41,513 nucleotides of DNA from a virus, in the IMG/VR virus record IMGVR_UViG_3300045988_114077, positions 1 through 41,513 of that record. One strand, given 5' to 3'. Positions within the stretch are counted from its first letter, which is position 1, and the number at the start of each line of letters is the position of its first letter. The notes below the pieces were generated by a model that was not told the origin of the DNA, did not search any database, and saw only the letters and a program-made list of their open reading frames with translations. Shown in pieces: positions 7,691-14,093 of this stretch. Both the position numbers and the translations under genes were made by a program.

Positions 7691-8032
7691 CCCGTTAGCG
7701 CACAAATGTTCCGATTGCCAAAATTAACCAGTAATGGTAGAATGGCGTTTGTGCCGGTGCTGCGCAACACAGGCACGTACTTACACGGCGGAGGTGATGA
7801 AAGTTGCAAAGCTTTTTGACCGAAACCGTGATTCCACGCGGCCTACCAGAGCGGTGAGGCGCTGACGTGCGAGCAGACCGCTAAACAGCGCTTGCCAATG
7901 AGAGAGGGAATGGCGTTTTCCTCCGGCTTAGCCCAGGGTAAATGGGACGTTGGTCATTGGTTGGAATCGGTGTCTGTAGGGCCCACCAGGTAAACGCCGC
8001 CTGGTGGGTTCCTCCTTTTGTGCGCTAACGGG
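7691..8032. ncRNA. ORF-free structured element closed by a 16-bp perfect stem; class and strand unknown
   Basis: cccgttagcgcacaaa (7691-7706) pairs with tttgtgcgctaacggg (8017-8032). Internal 9-bp hairpin at 7982-8008, a long-range helix 7711-7722/7958-7971, and a pseudoknot-compatible helix pair at 7850-7891. Confidence 0.45.
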
Positions 8033-8035
8033 TTG

Positions 8036-8059
8036 TTAATAAGGAATAAATCTTATTAA
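8036..8059. promoter_or_regulatory. Inverted repeat TTAATAAG-N8-CTTATTAA at about +2 to +25 of the leftward promoter (operator or 5' hairpin)
   Basis: Perfect 8-bp arms read directly from the sequence. Confidence 0.5.
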
Positions 8060-8067
8060 CTAAGCAT

Positions 8068-8096
8068 AATATAGCACTACATATTTATAATGTCAA
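8068..8096 (-). promoter_or_regulatory. Sigma-70-type promoter firing leftward (TTGACA-17-TATATT)
   Basis: The reverse complement reads TTGACA ttataaatatgtagtgc TATATT. It is divergent from the repressor promoter. Confidence 0.65.
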
Positions 8097-8128
8097 GCAT
8101 TATTTCATACATGAGTAATATTTTTTTC

Positions 8129-8157
8129 TTGCTTTTTTACGCTGAGCGTGATATGAT
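8129..8157 (+). promoter_or_regulatory. Promoter of the XRE repressor gene (TTGCTT-17-TATGAT)
   Basis: Hexamers and spacing read directly. SD AAAGGAGG and the ATG at 8182 follow. Confidence 0.55.
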
Positions 8158-8181
8158 GCAAAACGAAAGGAGGTGTGACAA

Positions 8182-8577
8182 ATGGAAGAAACCATAAACC
8201 ACCGTATCGAACAGGTATGGGAGGAATCCAAACTCACAAAATCGGCATTTTCGGAAAAGATTGGCATATCTCAGCCGTATCTTAGTCGGCTTTGCAAGGA
8301 GGCTTTAACCCCCAGTGACCGCACGATCTCCGACATCTGCCGGGTCTTCCGGGTCAACGAGGATTGGCTGCGGAACGGAACCGGGGCAAAGTACCGGAAG
8401 AAGCCCAGAGCGGAAGAACTGGGCGAAATCTTTGCCGATCTGGAAGTTGACGACACGGTGAAGGCCCGGTTTATCAGGACGCTGGCGGACTTCCCGGAGG
8501 AGTATTTCGCCCAGGCACTGGAAATGGCCCGGAAGTTTTTGGAGCGGTACGCCCAGGAAGAGGGGCCGGGAGCATAA
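8182..8577 (+). CDS. XRE-family HTH repressor (CI-like)
   Basis: LTKSAFSEKIGISQPYLSRLCKE is an HTH. The position is divergent from a strong promoter. Confidence 0.8.
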   Translation: MEETINHRIEQVWEESKLTKSAFSEKIGISQPYLSRLCKEALTPSDRTISDICRVFRVNEDWLRNGTGAKYRKKPRAEELGEIFADLEVDDTVKARFIRTLADFPEEYFAQALEMARKFLERYAQEEGPGA

Positions 8578-8582
8578 AAAAA

Positions 8583-8620
8583 GAAAGCCGGTGCGGCGTG
8601 AAAGCTGCATCGGCTTTTCT
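8583..8620. terminator. Bidirectional hairpin terminator between convergent genes
   Basis: aaagccg...cggcttt stem, flanked by an A-run upstream and a T-run downstream. Confidence 0.55.
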
Positions 8621-8749
8621 TTATTCCTTTCTCGCGGCCCGCTTCTCGACGGTTATCATAGTGACACGGAGCCATTTCAGGGGCATTTTCTCCAACAGGG
8701 GCAGGATGGCGGCAATCAGGGCGGCGCGTTCTTCTCGTTCGTTTTCCAT
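8621..8749 (-). CDS. Small hypothetical protein (42 aa)
   Basis: My own translation: MENEREERAALIAAILPLLEKMPLKWLRVTMITVEKRAARKE. SD AAAGGAG 7 nt upstream. It is below the ORF-track cutoff. Confidence 0.4.
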   Translation of the reverse strand: MENEREERAALIAAILPLLEKMPLKWLRVTMITVEKRAARKE

Positions 8750-8864
8750 TGTAATGGCTCCTTTGCATATTTTTGTCGAGTTTTGACTATTTACATTCGT
8801 TTTCGCTGGTGTTATGCTGATATTGACAGTGGCGTTCGCTTGTGTACTCGAACAACTGTTCTAA

Positions 8865-8873
8865 TGCTACAAT
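8865..8873 (+). promoter_or_regulatory. Possible extended -10 promoter (TGCTACAAT)
   Basis: TG-n-TACAAT read directly. There is no good -35. Confidence 0.3.
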
Positions 8874-8935
8874 GGCTAAAGTCCAATAAAACGGACTTAT
8901 TGTGCTATGGAACAACGGGGAAAACAAGTGGAAAT

Positions 8936-9071
8936 GTCCGGCCCCCAGTGCCACAAGGGGACCGGACGGAATGCCGCCGGGAAGGCGTGTCCCCTGCCGG
9001 CTGCTTACAGGATAGCACCGGCAGGGTGAAAAAGGGAATCCCCCAGACCGGGGAAACGCACGGTCTGGGGG
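8936..9071 (+). promoter_or_regulatory. Leader with three strong GC hairpins upstream of the gene at 9103
   Basis: Hairpins at 8936-8967 (10 bp), 8992-9026 (9 bp) and 9040-9071 (11 bp). None is followed by a T-run. Confidence 0.45.
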
Positions 9072-9102
9072 TGAAAACACATCGGAAAGGGGAAAACGCA
9101 AA

Positions 9103-9660
9103 ATGCAGGATGGGTTAGCATTGTACGCGGAAATGCAGGAACGGGCGGCCAAGCTGCAGGAAGCCATGAAAGCGGAGAAGCAAAGGCAGGGGAAAACAAA
9201 CCAGCAGATGATCGACGAAAGCGGGGTGGCCCGGTCAACGGTGAATAACTACTTTGCCGGAGTGCTGAACGGGCCGGGGCTGGTGCAGACGGCGGCGCTG
9301 TGCAAGGTGCTGGGGATGTCCATTGACAATGCCATGGGGCTGTCCTCTGCCGCTGATGATGACGCGGCAAAGCTGCGGGCGGAGCTGGATCATAAGGAAG
9401 AGGTTATACAGATACTTGACGGCGGCGTGAAGGCCAGAAGGCCGTTGATCTATGGGCTGCTGGGGCTGTGCGCCTTGCTGGGCACGGCGCTGATGATGTA
9501 TATCATACTGGACGCCAGCAGGCCGGATGCCGGCCTGATCCGCGCGGATGGCGTGTCCCCTATCCTGATTGCATTTTGTCTTGCCGGTGTGTGTGGCGGG
9601 CTGTGGACGGCGTGCAGGGCGGTGAAAGACAGGGTAACGCGGAGACATGGGGAACGGTAA
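9103..9660 (+). CDS. Membrane-anchored XRE-type HTH protein
   Basis: QQMIDESGVARSTVNNYFAG is an HTH. A coiled segment and two hydrophobic helices (LIYGLLGLCALLGTALMMYIIL, ILIAFCLAGVCGGLW) follow. Confidence 0.7.
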   Translation: MQDGLALYAEMQERAAKLQEAMKAEKQRQGKTNQQMIDESGVARSTVNNYFAGVLNGPGLVQTAALCKVLGMSIDNAMGLSSAADDDAAKLRAELDHKEEVIQILDGGVKARRPLIYGLLGLCALLGTALMMYIILDASRPDAGLIRADGVSPILIAFCLAGVCGGLWTACRAVKDRVTRRHGER

Positions 9661-9666
9661 AAAGCG

Positions 9667-9692
9667 GGAGCCTGCCGGGTGTGGCAGGCTCC
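9667..9692. terminator. Bidirectional hairpin between convergent genes (10-bp stem)
   Basis: ggagcctgcc gggtgt ggcaggctcc, with an A-run before and a weak T-run after. Confidence 0.55.
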
Positions 9693-9694
9693 TG

Positions 9695-10162
9695 TTATCT
9701 TTCCCAGGCGGGTTTTTCAATGCGCTTTTCGGGGATGGCGGTGGGGTTGGCGGCGCAAAGGGCTTCAAAGTCCTTGATTGCCTGACGGCGGTCCTTGCCG
9801 GGGTAGCGGGTGCTGGACAACTGGCGCTCTGTGCCGTCTTCGTAGCGGCGGCGGGTGGTCAGGTAGTAATAGATGCCATTGGAGGCGGTGCGCTCCAGAC
9901 GGATGACCAGGGCGCTATCCATTACGGCAAGGGCGGCGTATCGCTGCTGGAGGGCGGTACGGTAGCTTTGCAGCTGGGCAATTCGCCCGGTCAGCTCCTT
10001 GATGGCCTGGGCGGTTTTCCGGTCCTCGGCGGCGACCATTTCCGGGGATTCCAGCTTGTCGGGACGGTAAAAATAGTAGCGGTTGGCAATCTCGGCGTAA
10101 CCGTCACGGCAGTTATAGCCGGTAAACATTGATTTCCATTCGGGGCGGGGGGAATCGGTCAT
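9695..10162 (-). CDS. Hypothetical protein (155 aa)
   Basis: The ATG overlaps the upstream stop (ATGA). The amino-acid composition is coding-like. Confidence 0.6.
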   Translation of the reverse strand: MTDSPRPEWKSMFTGYNCRDGYAEIANRYYFYRPDKLESPEMVAAEDRKTAQAIKELTGRIAQLQSYRTALQQRYAALAVMDSALVIRLERTASNGIYYYLTTRRRYEDGTERQLSSTRYPGKDRRQAIKDFEALCAANPTAIPEKRIEKPAWER

Positions 10163-10560
10163 ACGATCAAGTCCTTTCCAGCTGCGGCCAGGTAATGCCG
10201 CAGGAAGTCAGGCAAAGAGCAGGGGGAAAAGTTGGCGTCGGTGTCGGCGTAAAGATCCTGATCCATGGCGGCGGTGATGGCGTCCCAGTTGGCGGCAATG
10301 GCGGAATCGATATAGTCCAGATCTTCCGGGGGCGTGAAGGTCTGGCCGCCGTCAAGGCTCAGGGATGCGGAAGCAGTACGGGGCGGTGTGGGGGTCCAGC
10401 CGGTGCGGGCGATCTCCTCGCGGATGAGGCGGCGGATCTCTTGCAATGGTGCGCCGGTGGCGGTCAGGTATTCCAGCACGTCGGCATCATTGACACGGTT
10501 AAAGCGGAGGCAGACACGCTGGGTTTTCTCGCGCTGCCAGGCGACTTGCGCTGTGCTCAT
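10159..10560 (-). CDS. Possible ribbon-helix-helix-like DNA-binding protein
   Basis: Internal Met MSTAQVAWQREKTQRVCLRFNRVNDADVLEYL, with SD GGAGGTG. The longer tracked ORF has a Pro/Ser-rich and implausible N-terminus. Confidence 0.5.
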   Translation of the reverse strand: MSTAQVAWQREKTQRVCLRFNRVNDADVLEYLTATGAPLQEIRRLIREEIARTGWTPTPPRTASASLSLDGGQTFTPPEDLDYIDSAIAANWDAITAAMDQDLYADTDANFSPCSLPDFLRHYLAAAGKDLIV

Positions 10561-10564
10561 GGGG

Positions 10565-10900
10565 TCACACCTCCAACAGCCCTTCGGCGCGCTGGAGGAG
10601 GAGGCGGGTGTACAGGGGGCATTGGGCAATGCCGCGGCACCAGTCCTCGACCGTGCGGCGGGGAATGCAATACCGCTCGGCAAAAGCGGCTTGGGAGAGG
10701 CCGGAGGCGGTGACGATGGCGCGGACCGGGCGATTGACGGCGGCGTAGATGGCGCTGAGCTGATCGATGCGGGCGGCGGGGATGTCGGCGGTTCCGGCAT
10801 CGCCCCAGATGGTAGACAGGGCGAGGTCGGAAACGTAGGCGTCGATGTCGGTGTAGGCGGGGACTTCCCGGACGCATGCGGCGAATTGGGTGTCAGTCAT
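10565..10900 (-). CDS. HTH DNA-binding protein (XRE-like C-terminal HTH)
   Basis: GLSQAAFAERYCIPRRTVEDWCRG. SD AAAGGAAA. Confidence 0.6.
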   Translation of the reverse strand: MTDTQFAACVREVPAYTDIDAYVSDLALSTIWGDAGTADIPAARIDQLSAIYAAVNRPVRAIVTASGLSQAAFAERYCIPRRTVEDWCRGIAQCPLYTRLLLQRAEGLLEV

Positions 10901-10945
10901 GGCAGTTTCCTTTCTGCCCTCGTGACCTCCGGGGCGGGAATGTGG

Positions 10946-11476
10946 TTATTTCTTTTTTGCATACCAGGCGGCGTGGTTGATACGGCTGCATTCGGGGCTG
11001 CAGGTTTTGGACGCGTCTGTTGGGACAAACTTTTTCCCGCAGACAATGCAAGCAATTGGGGAAGAAGCGGCTTTGCGGACGGTTTTTCGAGCTTCCAGGG
11101 TGGTGTTTTCGGCGTACCAGCGGAGTGCCTGTTTCCGGTCATTCTCCCGGATCGCCTCGGCGGCGCAAGCTGGGCAATATCGTTGGCGTCCGGAATTGAC
11201 GGTGTATGCAGCACCGCAGATCTCGCAAGTGTCAGTGCTTCCGATGGGCCTGGCCGGACCATTGCGCTTGCTTCTGATGTCCGCGGCCTTCCTGCGTTCG
11301 TGCCGGCAATCCGGACAATACCAGGCGCGGGGGCCGCCGGGGAAGGTCTTCCCGCATTGGCGGCAAGTCCGCGGCCTGATTGTTGTCTTCTTCTGGGCGG
11401 CGACGCAATCCGGGCAGGCGCTGGAACCCGGATCGCCGTCGTAGGTGCTGCCGCAGTACTTACAGATCTTTTTCAT
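10946..11476 (-). CDS. Multi zinc-ribbon protein (176 aa)
   Basis: Six or more CxxC pairs. Related in style to 738..1187. ATGA overlap with the upstream gene. Confidence 0.65.
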   Translation of the reverse strand: MKKICKYCGSTYDGDPGSSACPDCVAAQKKTTIRPRTCRQCGKTFPGGPRAWYCPDCRHERRKAADIRSKRNGPARPIGSTDTCEICGAAYTVNSGRQRYCPACAAEAIRENDRKQALRWYAENTTLEARKTVRKAASSPIACIVCGKKFVPTDASKTCSPECSRINHAAWYAKKK

Positions 11477-11793
11477 CCTCTAGCCCACATCCGGGCCGCC
11501 TCGTTGGCGGCAGCTACTTCGTCAGCGTCGGAGATAGCGTCGGAGATAGCGTCGGCGATTTCCTGCATAGTCATGTGACAGCTTGTACGGCATACGGTAA
11601 TAACGTCGCTGTCACGGTATTCCGTCCACGAATTCTGGCCAAGGCTGTAGTGATAATCCGTCCAGACGTCGCCGGTGCTGACGTCATAGTTGATCTGTAC
11701 ATAGCTGCCGCTGTAATAGCCGTAGTTCTGCGTCTCTCCGGAGGCTTTTTTGAGGCCATGCATTTTAAGACCATGAGTGTTGATTTTAGCCAT
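11473..11793 (-). CDS. Hypothetical protein (106 aa); first gene behind a consensus promoter
   Basis: SD AAAGGAGA. Contains a short coding tandem repeat (IADAISDAISDA). Confidence 0.6.
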   Translation of the reverse strand: MAKINTHGLKMHGLKKASGETQNYGYYSGSYVQINYDVSTGDVWTDYHYSLGQNSWTEYRDSDVITVCRTSCHMTMQEIADAISDAISDADEVAAANEAARMWARG

Positions 11794-11843
11794 GATTGTA
11801 ATCTCCTTTTTGTTTTGTTTGGGTATCTCCCTTAAGTGTCTTT

Positions 11844-11872
11844 ATTATACCACGGATTCCGTGGAGTGTCAA
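11844..11872 (-). promoter_or_regulatory. Consensus sigma-70 promoter TTGACA-17-TATAAT with a palindrome in the spacer
   Basis: The reverse complement reads TTGACA ctCCACGGAATCCGTGG TATAAT. The palindrome is at 11850-11864. Confidence 0.7.
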
Positions 11873-11926
11873 GGGGGAAAGTAAGATTTTTTTCATCCCC
11901 GTGTAGCCGGTAGGGCAGCCATCATA

Positions 11927-12409
11927 TCAAGCCGTCAGGACGGCGGAGGGGCGGGACTTGATGCGCTCGGAGCCGTGGAGCTGCCGGATCTCCTCCATGG
12001 AGTAGTTACGGCGGGCCTTGCTGCGGCTGCCTTCCGGCTTCCAGTACCAGGCGGCTTTCCCCTTGCTGTAGCGGAGACCGGCGGCTTTCAGGGCTTCCCG
12101 GTTGGGGTAGGTGTTGCCGGTGACCCAGATCCAGGACCCGCAAATCTCGATGTCGATACCGGCAAGGATCACCAGCCGGGAGATCACGGCCCGGAATGCC
12201 TCGGGGGCTTCCTCGGCTTCCTGGGGTGCGCCGGTCTGCTGGGTGGTGGTGCGGCCGGACTGGATGCGGTGGAAAGCCTCATCATATTCCTGATTGATGG
12301 CGGCCATGGTTGCGGTGTCGCCGCCACGGTCCGGATGGTGGATCATGCACAGACGGCGGTACTCATGCTTCAGGGCGTCAAGGGTGGCGCAGGATGCAAA
12401 GTATTTCAT
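11927..12409 (-). CDS. J-domain (DnaJ-like) protein with an unknown C-terminal domain
   Basis: LKHEYRRLCMIHHPDRGGD...INQEYDEAF carries the HPD motif. The ATG overlaps the upstream stop. SD GAGGAGGAA. Confidence 0.8.
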   Translation of the reverse strand: MKYFASCATLDALKHEYRRLCMIHHPDRGGDTATMAAINQEYDEAFHRIQSGRTTTQQTGAPQEAEEAPEAFRAVISRLVILAGIDIEICGSWIWVTGNTYPNREALKAAGLRYSKGKAAWYWKPEGSRSKARRNYSMEEIRQLHGSERIKSRPSAVLTA

Positions 12410-12645
12410 TTTGCTTCCTCCTCTGCCGCGATAAACGCATGGTATACGGTCTCGTAGTCGATGCCGACGCACTGGAGCAGGACGGAAAGAGCGGTCTGGG
12501 CGTCGTGGCTGGGCATCTTAACATATAGCTTGCTGGCCTCGCTTAGCAGCTGCTCGTCGGTGACAACGTGGGCGGTGGTGACGGTGAGCTTCTTCTTGCT
12601 GGCTGCTCTGATCATCTGCTCGGTGGTAAGGGTGTTCTTCTTCAT
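12406..12645 (-). CDS. Hypothetical protein (79 aa)
   Basis: SD AAGGAGGAAAA upstream of the ATG at 12645. Confidence 0.6.
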   Translation of the reverse strand: MKKNTLTTEQMIRAASKKKLTVTTAHVVTDEQLLSEASKLYVKMPSHDAQTALSVLLQCVGIDYETVYHAFIAAEEEAK

Positions 12646-12673
12646 GGTTTTTTCCTCCTTGACTTTTGGGGCG

Positions 12674-12702
12674 TCAAGGGGTACAATACAGATACCCCTT
12701 GA
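12674..12702. promoter_or_regulatory. 10-bp inverted repeat in the 5' leader of the leftward operon
   Basis: tcaaggggta N9 taccccttga. Confidence 0.45.
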
Positions 12703-12780
12703 TCGCTTGTGGTGAGTTGGTTTTGGGTGTTGCCTCGGTTGGTGTTAGCTGCACCGCCGGGGCTTTTTGTTTGTGGCTTC

Positions 12781-12809
12781 ATGATAGCATAGGGCGCCCT
12801 ATTTGTCAA
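12781..12809 (-). promoter_or_regulatory. Promoter TTGACA-17-TATCAT with a 14-bp perfect palindrome in the spacer
   Basis: The reverse complement reads TTGACA aATAGGGCGCCCTATgc TATCAT. The palindrome is at 12789-12802. Confidence 0.65.
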
Positions 12810-12893
12810 GCACTTTTTTTATTTTTTCCAAAATATTTTTTACGGGCCGTTTTGGGCCTGTTTTTTTGCGCTTTTTTGTTGCTGCGGCGTTTT

Positions 12894-12922
12894 TTGTTTG
12901 CTATATTGATTATATATACAAT
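12894..12922 (+). promoter_or_regulatory. Candidate rightward promoter TTGTTT-17-TACAAT ahead of the terS-like gene
   Basis: Hexamers and spacing read directly. T-tract-rich DNA lies upstream. Confidence 0.45.
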
Positions 12923-12954
12923 ATAAGGCTTCAAGCCGGAAAGGATGTTCATTT

Positions 12955-13416
12955 ATGGCAACTGAAAATGACGGGAAAGTTCAAAAAAGGTACAGAATTG
13001 CGGGGTTTGATATGGATCTGGATACCCTCAATGGGCACATATCCAGGTATAAGCAGATGGCGGCAGATGGGGAGGTCGAGCTACCGTCCTGGTCCGACTG
13101 GGTAAGCCGGGCGGGGTTGACAGAAGCGATCTGCGCTGAGGTAATGGAGCGGGCGGCGGAGGGGCCAAGTAGTACATACTACGACCGGGGCAAGGCGCTG
13201 GGGGCCTTGTGGCAGTGGTGCCGCGGGCAGTATATAAGTAACCCCAACTGGGGGGCGACGGCGGCCAGAGTCAACAAAGCGATGATGCTATATAGGATGC
13301 AGCCCGATGGACAGGAGCGGGCCAGACCTGCCACGGTGCAGGCCAAACAGGGGCCGTCGGAACTAATTATATCGTTCGGGCGGGGCGATCAGCGGGCCCA
13401 AAACGCCGGGGGTTGA
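12955..13416 (+). CDS. Putative terminase small subunit
   Basis: First gene of the rightward block, about 1 kb upstream of terL. Size 153 aa. Segment ELPSWSDWVSRAGLTEAICAEVMER is HTH-like. The call is based mainly on position. Confidence 0.45.
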   Translation: MATENDGKVQKRYRIAGFDMDLDTLNGHISRYKQMAADGEVELPSWSDWVSRAGLTEAICAEVMERAAEGPSSTYYDRGKALGALWQWCRGQYISNPNWGATAARVNKAMMLYRMQPDGQERARPATVQAKQGPSELIISFGRGDQRAQNAGG

Positions 13417-13491
13417 TGGCGTTGTCTATCTCCTATGGACATTTCAAGATATGCAATCAATCATAGCTATTGTGTATCGCAAATGGTGCCT

Positions 13492-13525
13492 CGAACGCAA
13501 CCAAATATTTATTTTGTTGCGTTCG
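13492..13525. repeat. 10-bp inverted repeat cgaacgcaac N14 gttgcgttcg
   Basis: Read directly. Confidence 0.6.
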
Positions 13526-13550
13526 CCATTTCCGGCCTATCAATGATGAC

Positions 13551-13575
13551 GGGCCGGGCTGGGGGCTGCTGGGGG
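13551..13575 (+). other. G-quadruplex-type motif G3N2G3N2G5N5G5
   Basis: gggccgggctgggggctgctggggg. It shares CGGGCCGGG(C)TGGGG with 13941-13954. Confidence 0.5.
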
Positions 13576-13913
13576 CTATTAAGGACGGCGGGCCGGGGCG
13601 CTGATGGTCCCCCAGATGGGGCATCATTTGATGACCCCCACCCCCGGGGGTAGCGGAAAAACGGGCGGGCCGCGCGCAGAAGGGTAGGCTTATATACGAC
13701 ACACTCTCCCCCACCCCCTCCAATGTCCGAACGGCCCGGGATGGTTTGACCGGGTACATCGTGCCCCCTGCCGTTGGAAACATGCCGGTGCTGATTGAAG
13801 CGGGCTTCTGTGCTGTGATTTCAAAAAATCAATGCGAGTAAATATGTAAAGCTATAATATTATATTAAAGCCTTATAGAGAATACCTAGCTATAATATTA
13901 TTATAATATATAT

Positions 13914-13933
13914 ATACTATACAGGTATAGTAT
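13914..13933. repeat. Palindrome atactatac-ag-gtatagtat within an AT-rich block (about 13830-13935)
   Basis: Read directly. TATAAT-like words are repeated around it. Confidence 0.6.
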
Positions 13934-13941
13934 TATAGTCC

Positions 13942-13962
13942 GGGCCGGGTGGGGCGGATGGG
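13942..13962 (+). other. Second G-quadruplex-type motif
   Basis: gggccgggtggggcggatggg. Confidence 0.5.
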
Positions 13963-13977
13963 TTCTGAAAAAAGTTC

Positions 13978-14006
13978 TTGACAAGGTGCAATAAGTTGGA
14001 AATGAT
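13978..14006 (+). promoter_or_regulatory. Candidate promoter TTGACA-17-AATGAT upstream of the tRNA-like gene
   Basis: Perfect -35 and a 4/6 -10. Confidence 0.45.
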
Positions 14007-14093
14007 ATGGCCGAGGGGATACCGGAAAAAGGGCTGGGCTGTTTCGTTTGGGCCTTTCCGAAAAAATAATAAACCTCTCTCAATATCGGGTAT

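Noticed and set aside
7796-7864. 22-codon ORF (MKVAKLFDRNRDSTRPTRAVRR) inside the structured element as a leader peptide
   Set aside because: The GGAGG lies only 2 nt from the ATG, which is too close for initiation. The peptide has no recognisable features.
7920-8010. Resemblance to RNase P RNA pieces (CCGGCUUA and CCAGGUAAACGCC..CUGG)
   Set aside because: The universally conserved GAGGAAAGUCC-type core is absent. The order of the matching words is wrong and the element is too short. I treat the matches as coincidental.
7691-8032. Retron msr/msd, because the region is bounded by inverted repeats
   Set aside because: No reverse transcriptase gene lies downstream or anywhere in the genome. 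There is also no single long msd-type hairpin.
8591-9167. Tracked ORFs 8591..9118 (+) and 8787..9167 (-) as genes
   Set aside because: They run through a terminator and a series of GC hairpins. They lack SD sequences and have implausible composition. The interval is better explained as a small minus-strand ORF plus a structured leader.
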